A DNA stretch of 64,000 nt from Nostoc sp. (GTDB taxonomy: Bacteria > Cyanobacteriota > Cyanobacteriia > Cyanobacteriales > Nostocaceae): assembly GCA_036918135.1 (NCBI GenBank), contig JBALDB010000015.1, forward strand, positions 160,001-224,000, read 5' to 3'. Below, one piece after another: positions 1 through 11,265 of this stretch (position 1 is its first letter; each line of letters starts with the position of its first letter). A model generated the notes under the pieces. The model was not told where the DNA came from. It did no database searches and saw only the letters and a program-made list of their open reading frames with translations. The translations under genes were made by a program, and so were the position numbers.

Positions 1-69
1 CTCGTTCCTTATACCCAAGAAATGAGTGATGAAATGGATGATTTACTCGCTGATGTAGTTATAGATTAA
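1..69 (+). CDS. 3' end of a probable PrlF/SohA-like antitoxin (partial; runs off the window start)
   Basis: Frame 1 reads LVPYTQEMSDEMDDLLADVVID*. Its TAA (67-69) overlaps the ATG of the YhaV-like gene (TAATG coupling), and the acidic tail fits an antitoxin. Confidence 0.55.
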   Translation, partial: LVPYTQEMSDEMDDLLADVVID

Positions 70-536
70 TGGCTGCATTTACTTGTAATGGTTGGCAGAT
101 TTTTTTCTACCCATTGTTTGTTAAACAATGGGTAGAATTGCGTAATAGGGTTCGTGTTTTAAAAAATGAGCTGCCTAAAGAAGAATTTATTATACATTCA
201 GATGTCAAATTATTAAAAGTATTGAATATCAGTATTCAAGAAAAAATTCCTGAAGATCCTTTTGCTAGTCACTTTGTGTTGCAAAAACCTTTGCAAAAAT
301 ATAGTCGCTTCAAAAAAATGGGACTACCTGAACGATATAGATTATTTTTTAGAGCATTCAAACAACAAAAAATTATTATTATTCTTTGGTTAGGTTTTCC
401 TCAGAAGGAAGGTGATAAAAAAGATTGTTATCAAGTTTTTATAAAAAAAGTTGAAAATGGCGAGTTCCCTGAAAGTATTGATAATTTACTTGCAGAATGT
501 GAATTAGAAAATTCTAATGATAAAAGTCAAGATTAG
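69..536 (+). CDS. yhaV: Type II toxin, YhaV family (RelE-superfamily ribonuclease)
   Basis: N-terminal NGWQIFFYPLF, RYRLFFR...IIIILW and KKDCYQVF resemble YhaV motifs; translationally coupled to the upstream short acidic ORF. Confidence 0.8.
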   Translation: MAAFTCNGWQIFFYPLFVKQWVELRNRVRVLKNELPKEEFIIHSDVKLLKVLNISIQEKIPEDPFASHFVLQKPLQKYSRFKKMGLPERYRLFFRAFKQQKIIIILWLGFPQKEGDKKDCYQVFIKKVENGEFPESIDNLLAECELENSNDKSQD

Positions 537-632
537 AGAAAATTTAGAAGTTTTAATAATTTCACAGCCTCTTAATCATGGTGACAGGATTTTGAGCGAT
601 ATTATTGAATCTAGCCCTAGTTGAGTTGAGGG

Positions 633-1325
633 ATGCCCATGACAGCCTCAGTAGAGTATATCCCTGTTACGCCAATTGAATATCCAGATGAGGACGGTAA
701 GCCAATGGCTGAAGGTGATATCCAGTGCAGTTATTTGATTTATGCAAGAAGTGCGCTGCGAATTTATTTCCAAAATCACCCAGATGTATACGTAGCTGGT
801 AATTTATTCATCTATTACGAAAAAGGTAATCCAGAATCAGTTGTCGCACCAGATGTATTTGTGGTGTTTGGAGTAGGAAATCGTGACCGAGGTTCTTACA
901 AAACCTGGGAAGAAAATGATAAAACCCCAGATTTCGTTTTAGAGATTACCTCAAAAACCACCCGTACCAAAGACCAAGGTGCAAAGAAAGGAATCTACGC
1001 CTTTCTAGGGGTGCGTGAATATTTCCAGTACGATCCTACAGGCGATTATCTTAATCCTCAACTTCAAGGTTTACGCTTGGTCGAAAACAATTATTTTCTA
1101 GTGCCAACCAATAACTTATCAAATGGTATACTATCCTTACCTAGCGAAGTTTTAGGGCTGGAGTTGCGTTTAGAAGACGGAAAATTGCGTTTTTACAATC
1201 CAGCTACAGACCAAATACTTTTAACTCATGAAGAAGAAGTAGCTGTAAGACAAGCCACAGAAGAAAAGGCGCAAAAATTAGCTGCTAAACTCCGGGAATT
1301 AAATATTGATCCAGATAGCCTGTAA
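633..1325 (+). CDS. Uma2 family (DUF820) putative restriction endonuclease
   Basis: YPDEDGKPMAE start, VAPDVFVV, PDFVLEITS, GVREYFQYDP and a coiled-coil tail ending LRELNIDPDSL. Confidence 0.92.
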   Translation: MPMTASVEYIPVTPIEYPDEDGKPMAEGDIQCSYLIYARSALRIYFQNHPDVYVAGNLFIYYEKGNPESVVAPDVFVVFGVGNRDRGSYKTWEENDKTPDFVLEITSKTTRTKDQGAKKGIYAFLGVREYFQYDPTGDYLNPQLQGLRLVENNYFLVPTNNLSNGILSLPSEVLGLELRLEDGKLRFYNPATDQILLTHEEEVAVRQATEEKAQKLAAKLRELNIDPDSL

Positions 1326-1369
1326 CAGATATTAGGGTGGGTAAATAACACCTACCTACTCTTGCTTAC

Positions 1370-1585
1370 TTAACTTGGACAATACTTTAAAAGTTCTCCC
1401 TTTATGTTGCGCCTAATGATTTCCATCTGGGCTTGCATATCAGCTTCTGTTAAAGGCATAGGATACTTTGGATAATTGGGGTCACGTTTGCTCATCAAAA
1501 AACGTAGAGCTTCAATTTCTTCGCAGTTTTCCACTACATAAGCTCTCAACTGTTAAAAACTCATTTGCTCATAATTCGGGTTCAT
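1370..1585 (-). pseudogene. DUF6887-family small protein with in-frame stop
   Basis: Manual translation: MNPNYEQMSF*QLRAYVVENCEEIEALRFLMSKRDPNYPKYPMPLTEADMQAQMEIIRR..., with TAA at 1553-1555. Start overlaps the end of the upstream DUF6888-like gene. Confidence 0.7.
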
Positions 1586-1757
1586 TGACAAACTTCCATT
1601 CACCATTGGGATAAAATAATCTGAAGTTCATCCGCAGATAAAATGTAAACTTCTCAACTTCTGTCATCAAATCGAAATCAGTGGATATCTTTATACAGAA
1701 TTTGACAACATTTGACAAACCTGTACACAGCTTGAGGCTTGCTCTGTTATTGGTAAA
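1569..1757 (-). pseudogene. DUF6888-family small protein, frameshifted and with stops
   Basis: Joining frames gives LPITEQASSCVQVCQMLSN/LYKDIH*FRFDDRS*EVYILSADELQII/YPNGEWKFVNEPEL*, the typical DUF6888 pattern. The 74-aa ORF in the track is mostly out of frame. Confidence 0.65.
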
Positions 1758-1784
1758 ATAAACGCTCTTCACTACATAATATAA

Positions 1785-1801
1785 GGTGGGCATTGCCCAC
1801 C
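1785..1801. repeat. Short palindromic cyanobacterial intergenic repeat GGTGGGCATTGCCCACC
   Basis: Perfect 8-bp arms around a single central base, just downstream of the GH57 gene. Confidence 0.6.
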
Positions 1802-1807
1802 CTACTA

Positions 1808-3397
1808 CTACAACGGACGGTAGACACGATAGTTGATTTCAGGGAAGATATTATCCATTACTTCGACTTTATCGAGCCAACCGCTGTCAATTTTGCCAAT
1901 TTTTACTTCTTCGTAGAGCTTATTGAAGCGCATTAGGTGCGATCGCGTCCGTCTAACTGCATAGGGTACCATTGTTCCCGTCCGCATAATAAAAGCCCAG
2001 TCAGAAGATTGTGCTAATAATAATTCCCGCGCTGCTTGATTTAATCCTCGCCATTGCAATTCATCCTCTGGTTCCAGGTGGGATATTTCAATCATTCGCT
2101 CAGCAGCTTTGTGCAAATGCGGATAAATCCAGGCGTTGGTTTCGTTCAACCAATACTCATGGAAACCTTTAAAACCCCAACTTGATTGCGAAGGACGACA
2201 GACTTGCTGCACTGGATGCGATCGCAAATAATCTGCTAAGTGGGTCATGGCATAGGTTTTTTGGTCATACCACGACTTGCGGAATAGGTAATCAATGAAC
2301 CAAGGCCCTTCATACCACCAATGTCCAAATAACTCCGCGTCATAAGGCGAAACGATAATTGGCGGACGCTGCATTATACCATAGAGATGCTCAGATTGTC
2401 GCTCTCGGTTATACATAAAATTAGCGGCATGTTCTGCTGCCTTTTCCCGTGCCCAATAAGGGTCGTAAAGTGCCTTATCTGACAGCCCTAAGCCACGTCC
2501 AGTAATTTTATGATATTTAATGCCCGTGTTTTTTCGTTGACCATTGGGCATAATGTAGGGCTTGATGTAGTCATATTCTGCTTCCCAGCCCAAATCTTTG
2601 TAAAATTCTCGATATTCTGCGGCGCTAGGATAGCCAACTTCAGAAGACCATACTTGTTGAGACGATTCATGATCTCGACCAAAGGCAGCAACGCCAGTTT
2701 CGGTAAAAATCGGCGCATAAGTCCCAAAGCGCGGGCGAGGACGGGCGTAAAGGATACCATGTCCGTCGGTGAGGAAGTAGCGTAACCCAGCATCTGCTAG
2801 CATTCGCTCTACATCTTCATAGTAAGCACATTCCGGTAACCAAATACCCCTGGGTGCTTGTCCAAAAATTTGTTGGTAATGTTCGCAGGCTACTTGAATT
2901 TGCGCCCACACTGCTTGTGGATACATTTTCATTAACGGTAAGTAGCCGTGGGTAGCACCGCAAGTAATAATTTCCAGATTATTAGTGTCTTGGAACTGTT
3001 TAAAAGCTGTTACCAAGTCACCATCGTAGTGTTCCCATATTTGACGCGCTTCGTTAAATTCAGTGGCGTAATGTTCAGCTAAGTAGCGAATATGCCCATT
3101 ATGAACATTATGCTCGACTTCCAGTTGTATAAGTTCTTCTAATTTGGCTAAGTGGGCGTCATAGCGTTCTTGCAGCAGGGGGTCACGAAGCATCGACACT
3201 AAAGGTGGTGTCATACTCATCGTGATTTTAAAGTCGATACCGTCTCGCTTTAAGCCTTCAAATACTTTCAATAACGGGATGTAAGTTTCTGTAATGGCCT
3301 CATAGAGCCATTCTTCCTCAAGCACATAGTCACTTTCTGGGTGACGAACGAAGGGCAGATGTGCATGGAGGACAAGCGCGACATAGCCAATAGCCAT
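1808..3397 (-). CDS. Glycoside hydrolase family 57 protein with DUF1957 (GH57-type 1,4-alpha-glucan branching enzyme)
   Basis: LHAHLPFVRHPE, GIWLPECAY (nucleophile Glu), PYDAELFGHWWYEG (acid/base Asp), ARELLLAQSSDWAF. Confidence 0.95.
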   Translation of the reverse strand: MAIGYVALVLHAHLPFVRHPESDYVLEEEWLYEAITETYIPLLKVFEGLKRDGIDFKITMSMTPPLVSMLRDPLLQERYDAHLAKLEELIQLEVEHNVHNGHIRYLAEHYATEFNEARQIWEHYDGDLVTAFKQFQDTNNLEIITCGATHGYLPLMKMYPQAVWAQIQVACEHYQQIFGQAPRGIWLPECAYYEDVERMLADAGLRYFLTDGHGILYARPRPRFGTYAPIFTETGVAAFGRDHESSQQVWSSEVGYPSAAEYREFYKDLGWEAEYDYIKPYIMPNGQRKNTGIKYHKITGRGLGLSDKALYDPYWAREKAAEHAANFMYNRERQSEHLYGIMQRPPIIVSPYDAELFGHWWYEGPWFIDYLFRKSWYDQKTYAMTHLADYLRSHPVQQVCRPSQSSWGFKGFHEYWLNETNAWIYPHLHKAAERMIEISHLEPEDELQWRGLNQAARELLLAQSSDWAFIMRTGTMVPYAVRRTRSHLMRFNKLYEEVKIGKIDSGWLDKVEVMDNIFPEINYRVYRPL

Positions 3398-3867
3398 AGT
3401 GATTTTAGGTGGTACTTGTAAGTTGAAGGTGGAGGGGTTTGGTAGAAATTAACAATATTTTAAGACTTTATGGGGATGGTCAGGTAAGTTTATAGCAGTT
3501 TCCAATTTATTTAAAAACTTTATATTAATACTTTAGCCCGGTTCGGATTTTGGTTATGGTTGTTGATTAACTTGTTGCAGTAGAAAAAATCAGGTTTCTA
3601 AATTAAAATCCTTTTGTGACTTTTGTGCCTTGGTGGTTTAATAATTATTTTTAGCCAACAAAGCCCTCACCTTAGAGATAAATAAGCTACGCGCAGCCTC
3701 TAATAGAGAATTATTTTGACTTTTGGTTTGTCTGGGAAAGTAGATTTTGAAGAGCGATCGCCAGAATTATCCAAAAAAGCGTTGAACTCGAACGCCAAAA
3801 CCTGGTAACAGTGTTTGGTTCATAGCATTATATTTTCCATATCTAGTTGAGAAATAAAATTCTTTTT

Positions 3868-4607
3868 TTAGAATATTTGCTCAGGGTTAATACCTGCGGC
3901 TCGCAAACGTTGTACCAATATTTCAGCGCGTTGACGTTCTTGTTATAGTTGCTGGTTTGTTTGCTGTAACTGCTCATTTGCTTACTGTAACTGCTGGTTT
4001 GCTTCTTCCTCTGGCAACATCACCAACTGCTCATCTGGTGTAAAAAAGCGTAATTTACCAGATTCAACTCCTAAATACAGCCCTAACTGTTGACTCCATA
4101 ACCAGCTTTTGGCAGTAAGTTCAATTTCTTGATATTGCCCATCAACTAAGTGAAATCCTCGTAATTCCAAGTTATTTGGGTCAAACCAGAAATAATCTGG
4201 ACTCCGAAATGTATTTTGGTATATTTGCTTTTTCAAACCTTTATCAACCGAGGCTGTAAAATCAGATAACAGTTCTATAATCATGTTGGGATATTTGCCG
4301 TTTTCTTGCCACACAACCCAGCTTTTGCGGTCTTTTTTTTCTACATCTAAAACTACAAAGAAATCAGGGCCTCGAAATTCTTCTGACTTTTTTGGTTAGG
4401 ACTGAAATAAATAGTCAGGTTACCAGTAGCATAGAAATTTTTGCGATCGCGCCACCACCACTTAATCAAGCGGATGAGTAAATCGATTTGTTCGCGGTGT
4501 AAATCAGATTCCAAGGGGGGTTCGTCACTGTAGATATCGCCTGGTGGAAAAATTATACTCTCAGTGGCATCTTTTACACTAGGGGTGGTGGCAAGGGGCT
4601 GAGACAT
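3868..4607 (-). pseudogene. Uma2 family endonuclease, disrupted
   Basis: ORFs 4353-4607 and 3982-4314 join after a 1-nt shift in the A-run near 4388-4393 (SPNQKK|SEEFRGPDFFVVLDVEKKDRKSWVVWQE). The coiled-coil tail has two further in-frame stops before LRAAGINPEQIF*. Confidence 0.85.
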
Positions 4608-4657
4608 ACAAGATAGGTTTTCTATTTGTATCTATGCTATCGTGAGGGCTTGTTCTG

Positions 4658-5748
4658 TTACTCTTCGTCTTGATATAGCTGTTGCAAATCCTGTAACTGA
4701 GTCTTCCGGGAAACACGGCGATATTTTTTAGTTTCTAACTTGGGTTCGTATTGACTTTGCCCTTTAGCTTTAGTTTTTAACTTGAGAGTGGATTCAGGAT
4801 CGGCTTGTTGATGAAGCTGTGTTTGACGAGCGATCGCTGCATCCAAAAATTCTAAATAATGTTCGTATCGTTCCCAGTCTCCCCGTACTGCACACTCAGG
4901 CTCATCTCGGTGCAGACAATCACTAAATCGACAGCTAGCAACTGCTAAGCGCTCTCTTGCTTCTGGAAAATAATGTACTAATTCTTCTGGGTTACAATCC
5001 ATGTCGGGCTGATTAAAACCCGGAGTATCTGCTAGCAAACCACCGCTAGGCAATTCAAATAATTCTACATGCCGGGTGGTATGACGACCACGAGCTAATT
5101 TGCCAGAAACCTCTCCTACTCGTAGGTTAGCATTGGGAATTAGCCTATTAATCAGGCTCGATTTGCCCACACCAGAAGGCCCAGCAATTACGGTAATTTT
5201 ATTACTTAAATAATTAGCTGGTTGGTAAATATTGATACCATTTTTGAGACTGATAAATAATGGTTGATAACCCCAACTACCTAAGCGATCGCTAAGAAGC
5301 TGTTGTTCGTGTTGTGAAATTAAATCACTTTTATTCAAACATAAAAGCACATCCAAGCCAGTAGACTCAGCCTTAACCAGAAACCGACTCAATTGATAAG
5401 GTTCCAAAGGCGGATCGGCGACAGCAAATACTAAGAGGATTTGGTTAACATTAGCGATCGCTGGACGGTCTAATTCGCTTTGGCGGGGTAAAACCTCAGC
5501 GATCGCTCCCCGTCCTCCAGCCCAATCTGGCTCTTCTACAACAACGCGATCGCCCACTATCACCTGTTGTCCGATTTTTTTCAACCGTGTTCTGCGAGTA
5601 CATAACAAGACAACGAGATCGGGGAGATTTTGCTCCTCCATTTCCCTCATCTCTCCCTGTTCTCGATCCAGTTGTACCCGATAAAAATTAGCCTGTACGG
5701 CCAGTACAGTACCCAATAACTGTCCGGTTGCGGCAAAACTTTCCGCGA

Positions 5749-5752
<4 letters not shown>
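4658..5752 (-). CDS. rsgA: Small ribosomal subunit biogenesis GTPase RsgA
   Basis: NKSD, GPSGVGKSS, GRHTT, DTPG and Zn site CRFSDCLHRDEPEC. Confidence 0.96.
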
Positions 5753-7184
<1,432 letters not shown>

Positions 7185-7696
7185 TTAAGGTTACTTGTAC
7201 CCTACAAAAAGGCGTTTTACCTACAAAGCGTCTTCAAGAGGGCCGCTTGTCGGAGAACAGGCAGAAGATAGAATTAACTTTTGTTAATAATTGATTTTAC
7301 CCTTTACCTTTTACAAAAATCACCGACAAACTTGAGCAACAGGTGCTTTCCTCGTGGGAAACGACAAAAGTTACAAACAGAGGAAACCTCTGCTCCGACT
7401 TCTTACCCCCGAGTTAACTGTCTCTTTTACAATTGTGCTACGTAGGAGAGGAAAACCCCGCCCATCAACCAGAGGGGCTAGCCGCACCATGAGGTGTGGA
7501 AAACCACCCATCTGCTTTGATCGCATCTCAACTAGCACACCTAGCCCAGAGTAATTTGCTTCTACAATTTAGCAAACTGCTGAGGTTTTGTAGAAACTTC
7601 GTTAAATTTAGCATCAATATATTTAGATATATTAAAGTGTTTTAAGAAAATCTCCAAATTGGGGATTAGGGGCACGAGTTCCCCGATCCCCAGTCC

Positions 7697-9655
7697 CTAA
7701 TCTATCGCTTCATAATCAGCTTGTGCGGTACTTTCTTCATCAAAATCAAAGTTGAATTGCGGTATGAGTGTGCCATTCATCGGCGAGTCTACTTCTGGAG
7801 TAAACAAACTCGTTGAAACCTCGTCAGTTTCACCTGTTTGGCTGTTCGCTCGGTTGTAGACATCAGCACCAATTGCAAACAGGGTTTGTTGGAAGTCATC
7901 TAAACGCTGCTTAAATTCTGCTGTGGAGATGCTGGAGTCAGTCATTGCAGCTTGGAGTTGTGCAACTTTTTCACTAGCTAAAGTTTTCATCCGATCGCCA
8001 ATAAAGTTGCCATTATCTTTAATCGTGGATTCGTAACTGAACAACAAATTATCTGCTTGGTTTCTAAGTTCAACCAGTTCTTTACGTCTTGTGTCTTCTT
8101 CAGCAAATAATTCCGCCTCTTGGCGCATCCGTTCGACTTCATTAGTACTCAAACCACCTGTATTGGTAATCCTGATACTTTGTTCTCTGCCTGTACCTTT
8201 GTCTTGGGCAGAAACCTTGAGGATGCCGTTGACATCAATTTCAAAAGATACTTCAATTTGCGGTACACCACGGGGTGATGGAGGAATTCCTGCCAAGAGG
8301 AACTTGCCGAGACTTTTGTTATCTCGTGCCATTGCGCGTTCCCCTTGAAGGACGTGAATTTCCACCGAGGTTTGTCCATCAACTGCGGTGGAAAATATTT
8401 GTGACTTACTAGTAGGAATTGTGGTGTTACGTTCAATGATTTTGGTGAACACTTCACCCAAGGTTTCAATTCCTAAAGACAAGGGAGTGACATCTAATAG
8501 CAACAGATTATCAACCTCGCCACCCAAAACCCCTGCTTGGATAGCAGCTCCTAGTGCTACAGCTTCGTCAGGATTGACAGAGCGATCGGGAGCTTTGCCA
8601 TTGAAAAACTTGATCAGCGCGTTTTGGACTGCGGGAATTCGGGTAGAACCACCTACCAAAATAATCCGATCTATGTTTTGTGGTTTGAGATCTGCGTCTT
8701 TGAGGGCTTGGATCATCGGTTCGATGGTAGCTTCGATTAATTGCCCTGAAAGTTCTTCAAATTTAGAGCGGCTCAGTTCCATCTCCAAATGCTTGGGGCC
8801 GGTATCATCAGCGGTGATAAACGGCAAGTTGATGGAGGTATTCACCATACTGGAGAGTTCAATCTTTGCCTTTTCCGCTGCTTCCCGCAGACGTTGGAGT
8901 GCCATCTTATCTTGGGAAAGGTCGATTTTTTCTTGTTGGAGGAAGCGTTCCATCATCCAACGCACGATCGCATTATCAAAGTCATCACCACCCAAATGGT
9001 TGTTACCACAAGTTGCTTTAACTTCAAAAACCCCATCCCCAAGTTGCAGAATTGACACGTCAAAAGTGCCTCCTCCCAAGTCGAAGACCAAAATTAACTG
9101 CTCTTGCTCTTGTTTATCTAATCCAAAAGCTAAAGCCGCAGCCGTTGGCTCATTGATAATTCGCAGGACTTCCAGTCCAGCAATCGTGCCAGCATCTTTA
9201 GTTGCTTGTCTTTGGGCATCTGTAAAATATGCTGGTACGGTAATCACTGCCTGAGTGACAGTTTCGCCCAAGAAGTTTTCCGCATCTTGCTTGAGCTTTT
9301 GCAGGATCATGGCAGATATTTCTTGTGGTGTGAAATTTTTTGAGCGAATTTGCACGTCAACAGTATCGTCTCGACCTTTGACGCAGTTGTAGGGTACGCG
9401 CTCGCGTTCTACTTCAGTGTCTTCCCAACGTCGACCGATGAATCGTTTAATACTATAAATTGTATTTTCTGCATTGGTTACGGCTTGGCGCTTTGCCAGT
9501 TGACCGACCAAGCGATCGCCACCCTTGCCAAATCCCACAATACTTGGAGTAGTTCGTCCACCTTCTGAATTGGAGATTACAAGTGGTTGACCGCCCTCCA
9601 AAACTGCGACGCAACTGTTAGTAGTGCCTAAGTCGATCCCAATAACTTTTCCCAT
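7697..9655 (-). CDS. dnaK: Molecular chaperone DnaK (paralog linked to the pilB locus)
   Basis: [14 protein letters not shown] (ATG at 9655), [25 protein letters not shown]. Confidence 0.98.
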   Translation of the reverse strand: MGKVIGIDLGTTNSCVAVLEGGQPLVISNSEGGRTTPSIVGFGKGGDRLVGQLAKRQAVTNAENTIYSIKRFIGRRWEDTEVERERVPYNCVKGRDDTVDVQIRSKNFTPQEISAMILQKLKQDAENFLGETVTQAVITVPAYFTDAQRQATKDAGTIAGLEVLRIINEPTAAALAFGLDKQEQEQLILVFDLGGGTFDVSILQLGDGVFEVKATCGNNHLGGDDFDNAIVRWMMERFLQQEKIDLSQDKMALQRLREAAEKAKIELSSMVNTSINLPFITADDTGPKHLEMELSRSKFEELSGQLIEATIEPMIQALKDADLKPQNIDRIILVGGSTRIPAVQNALIKFFNGKAPDRSVNPDEAVALGAAIQAGVLGGEVDNLLLLDVTPLSLGIETLGEVFTKIIERNTTIPTSKSQIFSTAVDGQTSVEIHVLQGERAMARDNKSLGKFLLAGIPPSPRGVPQIEVSFEIDVNGILKVSAQDKGTGREQSIRITNTGGLSTNEVERMRQEAELFAEEDTRRKELVELRNQADNLLFSYESTIKDNGNFIGDRMKTLASEKVAQLQAAMTDSSISTAEFKQRLDDFQQTLFAIGADVYNRANSQTGETDEVSTSLFTPEVDSPMNGTLIPQFNFDFDEESTAQADYEAID

Positions 9656-9729
9656 ATTTACCAGTATTTTTACTGAGTCTTTCTGCTGTAATTTCTCGCG
9701 GACTAACTTTTGTTGCGACAACCAAGGCT

Positions 9730-9890
9730 AGGGCAAACAACAGCATCTAGAAATGGGGAAATGGGAAATGGGAACAGGCATAGAGGCAGGGAGCAGGGGG
9801 CAAGGGGAAGAATAAAAAATTACCTTTTTCCCCTCTGCTCTCTACTCCCTGCTCCCCTGCTTCTTCATCCCCCTCATCTTCCCAATACTC
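9730..9890. repeat. 7-8-nt tandem repeats in inverted arrangement between grpE and dnaK
   Basis: AATGGGG/AATGGGA and GCAGGGGA-type units mirrored by CCCCTGCT units. Confidence 0.7.
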
Positions 9891-9954
9891 AGTAACGATG
9901 CTCGCCCCTGCTAGAACCCAGGCACTTTTGGTCAGCGAGGCGAGCGATTACAGT

Positions 9955-10695
9955 TTAACTGTTGGCTGGACTCGACCGATCGTCTGGTGCAGCAGGTGTA
10001 TCTTCCTTGGGAGCAGCTACTTTGACCATTGCATGGCGTAGCACGCGATCGCCCAAGTAATATCCGCGCACTAACTCTTCTAACACTGTTCCTTCAGGAT
10101 GTTCATCCGTAGGTTCCCGCATTACTGCTTCGTGCAGATTGGGATCGAATTGTTGACCTTCAGGACGCATGGGTGATACACCCAAACGCTTGAGGGTATC
10201 TACTAATTGTTTATAAACACCTTGGTAACTTTTGTGAATGGTCATTTCGCCATCAGATTGTGGTTTGAGATGCGCTCGCGCCCGCTCAAAATTATCGACC
10301 ACTGGCAGCAATTCCAGAATTGTATTCCGCCTCATCTGCGCCTCTAACTCTTCTTTTTCTTTGCTAGTGCGTTTGCGGTAATTTTCAAAATCAGCGGCAA
10401 TCCGCATGTATTGAGTACTGCGCTCTTCTAATTGCACTTTGAGAGACTCGATTTGTTCTGCCAAAGCTGCGGTTTCTAGCTGAGTTTTATCGGTTGCAGC
10501 GACGCCATATTCTTGATTAGAAGCAGCAGTATCCACCGTTACATTGGTTTGGGCTGCCACTTGCTCAGTAACTTCGCTACCAGATTCATTGGAATTGATT
10601 TGGGCTGGGGAGTCGCTCTTCATTGCTTGCTTTACCTCTGTTGGTTCACCCAATTGCTGGCTTGTATTGTTTATCTGTTTATTTTCATCCATCAT
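9955..10695 (-). CDS. grpE: Nucleotide exchange factor GrpE
   Basis: [44 protein letters not shown]. Confidence 0.97.
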   Translation of the reverse strand: MMDENKQINNTSQQLGEPTEVKQAMKSDSPAQINSNESGSEVTEQVAAQTNVTVDTAASNQEYGVAATDKTQLETAALAEQIESLKVQLEERSTQYMRIAADFENYRKRTSKEKEELEAQMRRNTILELLPVVDNFERARAHLKPQSDGEMTIHKSYQGVYKQLVDTLKRLGVSPMRPEGQQFDPNLHEAVMREPTDEHPEGTVLEELVRGYYLGDRVLRHAMVKVAAPKEDTPAAPDDRSSPANS

Positions 10696-10863
10696 TGTCT
10701 ACTGATTCCAGATACTTTTTATGGCATTAAATCTCCATAGCTTGCTATTGTCGTCATTTACGACTTGCAACTGAGGCTGATTTTATTGCCCACAAGTTCC
10801 TGGAGTGATGTCATCGTCATCTTATTGTGACAAATGGTGAACACGCTAGTTGAGATACTCCTA

Positions 10864-10879
10864 GTGCGGTAACCCGAAC
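10864..10879 (-). promoter_or_regulatory. K-box-like heat/light response element upstream of grpE-dnaK
   Basis: Minus strand GTTCGG-GTTA-CCGCAC versus the cyanobacterial K-box GTTCGG-NNAN-CCNNAC (one mismatch), ~170 nt before grpE. Confidence 0.55.
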
Positions 10880-11220
10880 GAGTAGCGTAACTCTATGAGT
10901 AAGTATTTTGCAAGAGTGGCGTCTGAATCTGATTTGCCCCTCATCTTATTCATGGATCGGTTTTTTAATCAGTTATTACTTAAAATTTAACGATTTATCT
11001 AATATTGTCATTCCTTCAAAAGTGTTAAGTAGTTGAGTCATCCAAGAGGACAAGGAGATAAAAACAGAAGTCTGAGCGTTAACTTCCGGTGTAGGCACTA
11101 TGTACTCAGGGAACTCGAAGAAATAAATTATTCCATTTGAAGTTTATGACTAATAACTGTTGACTTTTTTACTCGACACTTAGGACTTTTTTGAGCTATG
11201 AGAATTCTGCGTCACATGCT

Positions 11221-11229
11221 GGGAATACT
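11221..11229 (+). promoter_or_regulatory. SigJ-type extended -10 (J-box) of the pilB promoter
   Basis: Exact GGGAATACT, 36 nt before the pilB ATG (11266); matches the motif reported for SigJ-dependent hormogonium promoters in Nostoc punctiforme. Confidence 0.7.
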
Positions 11230-11265
11230 CTAAGCAGAGGTTTCCCCAAATCAATTGCTCCCTTT

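Noticed and set aside
3754..3823. Short minus-strand fragment MNQTLLPGFGVRVQRFFG* ending at a HIP1 site
   Set aside because: Might be a truncated gene start, but too short to assign.
7354..7554. 66-aa ORF in the dnaK-dnaJ spacer
   Set aside because: Opposite to operon direction, overlaps repeat and palindromic motifs, and lacks protein-like features.
8388..9254. 288-aa ORF antisense to dnaK
   Set aside because: Long antisense ORFs are a known by-product of dnaK codon usage; no independent motifs.
9656..9721. N-terminal extensions in the ORF track for dnaK (also pilB, recF, terC, yiaAB)
   Set aside because: Downstream ATGs give the conserved N-termini; the extensions run through promoter or repeat DNA.
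10696..11265. CIRCE (HrcA) operator before the chaperone genes
   Set aside because: No TTAGCACTC-N9-GAGTGCTAA match seen here or before clpB.
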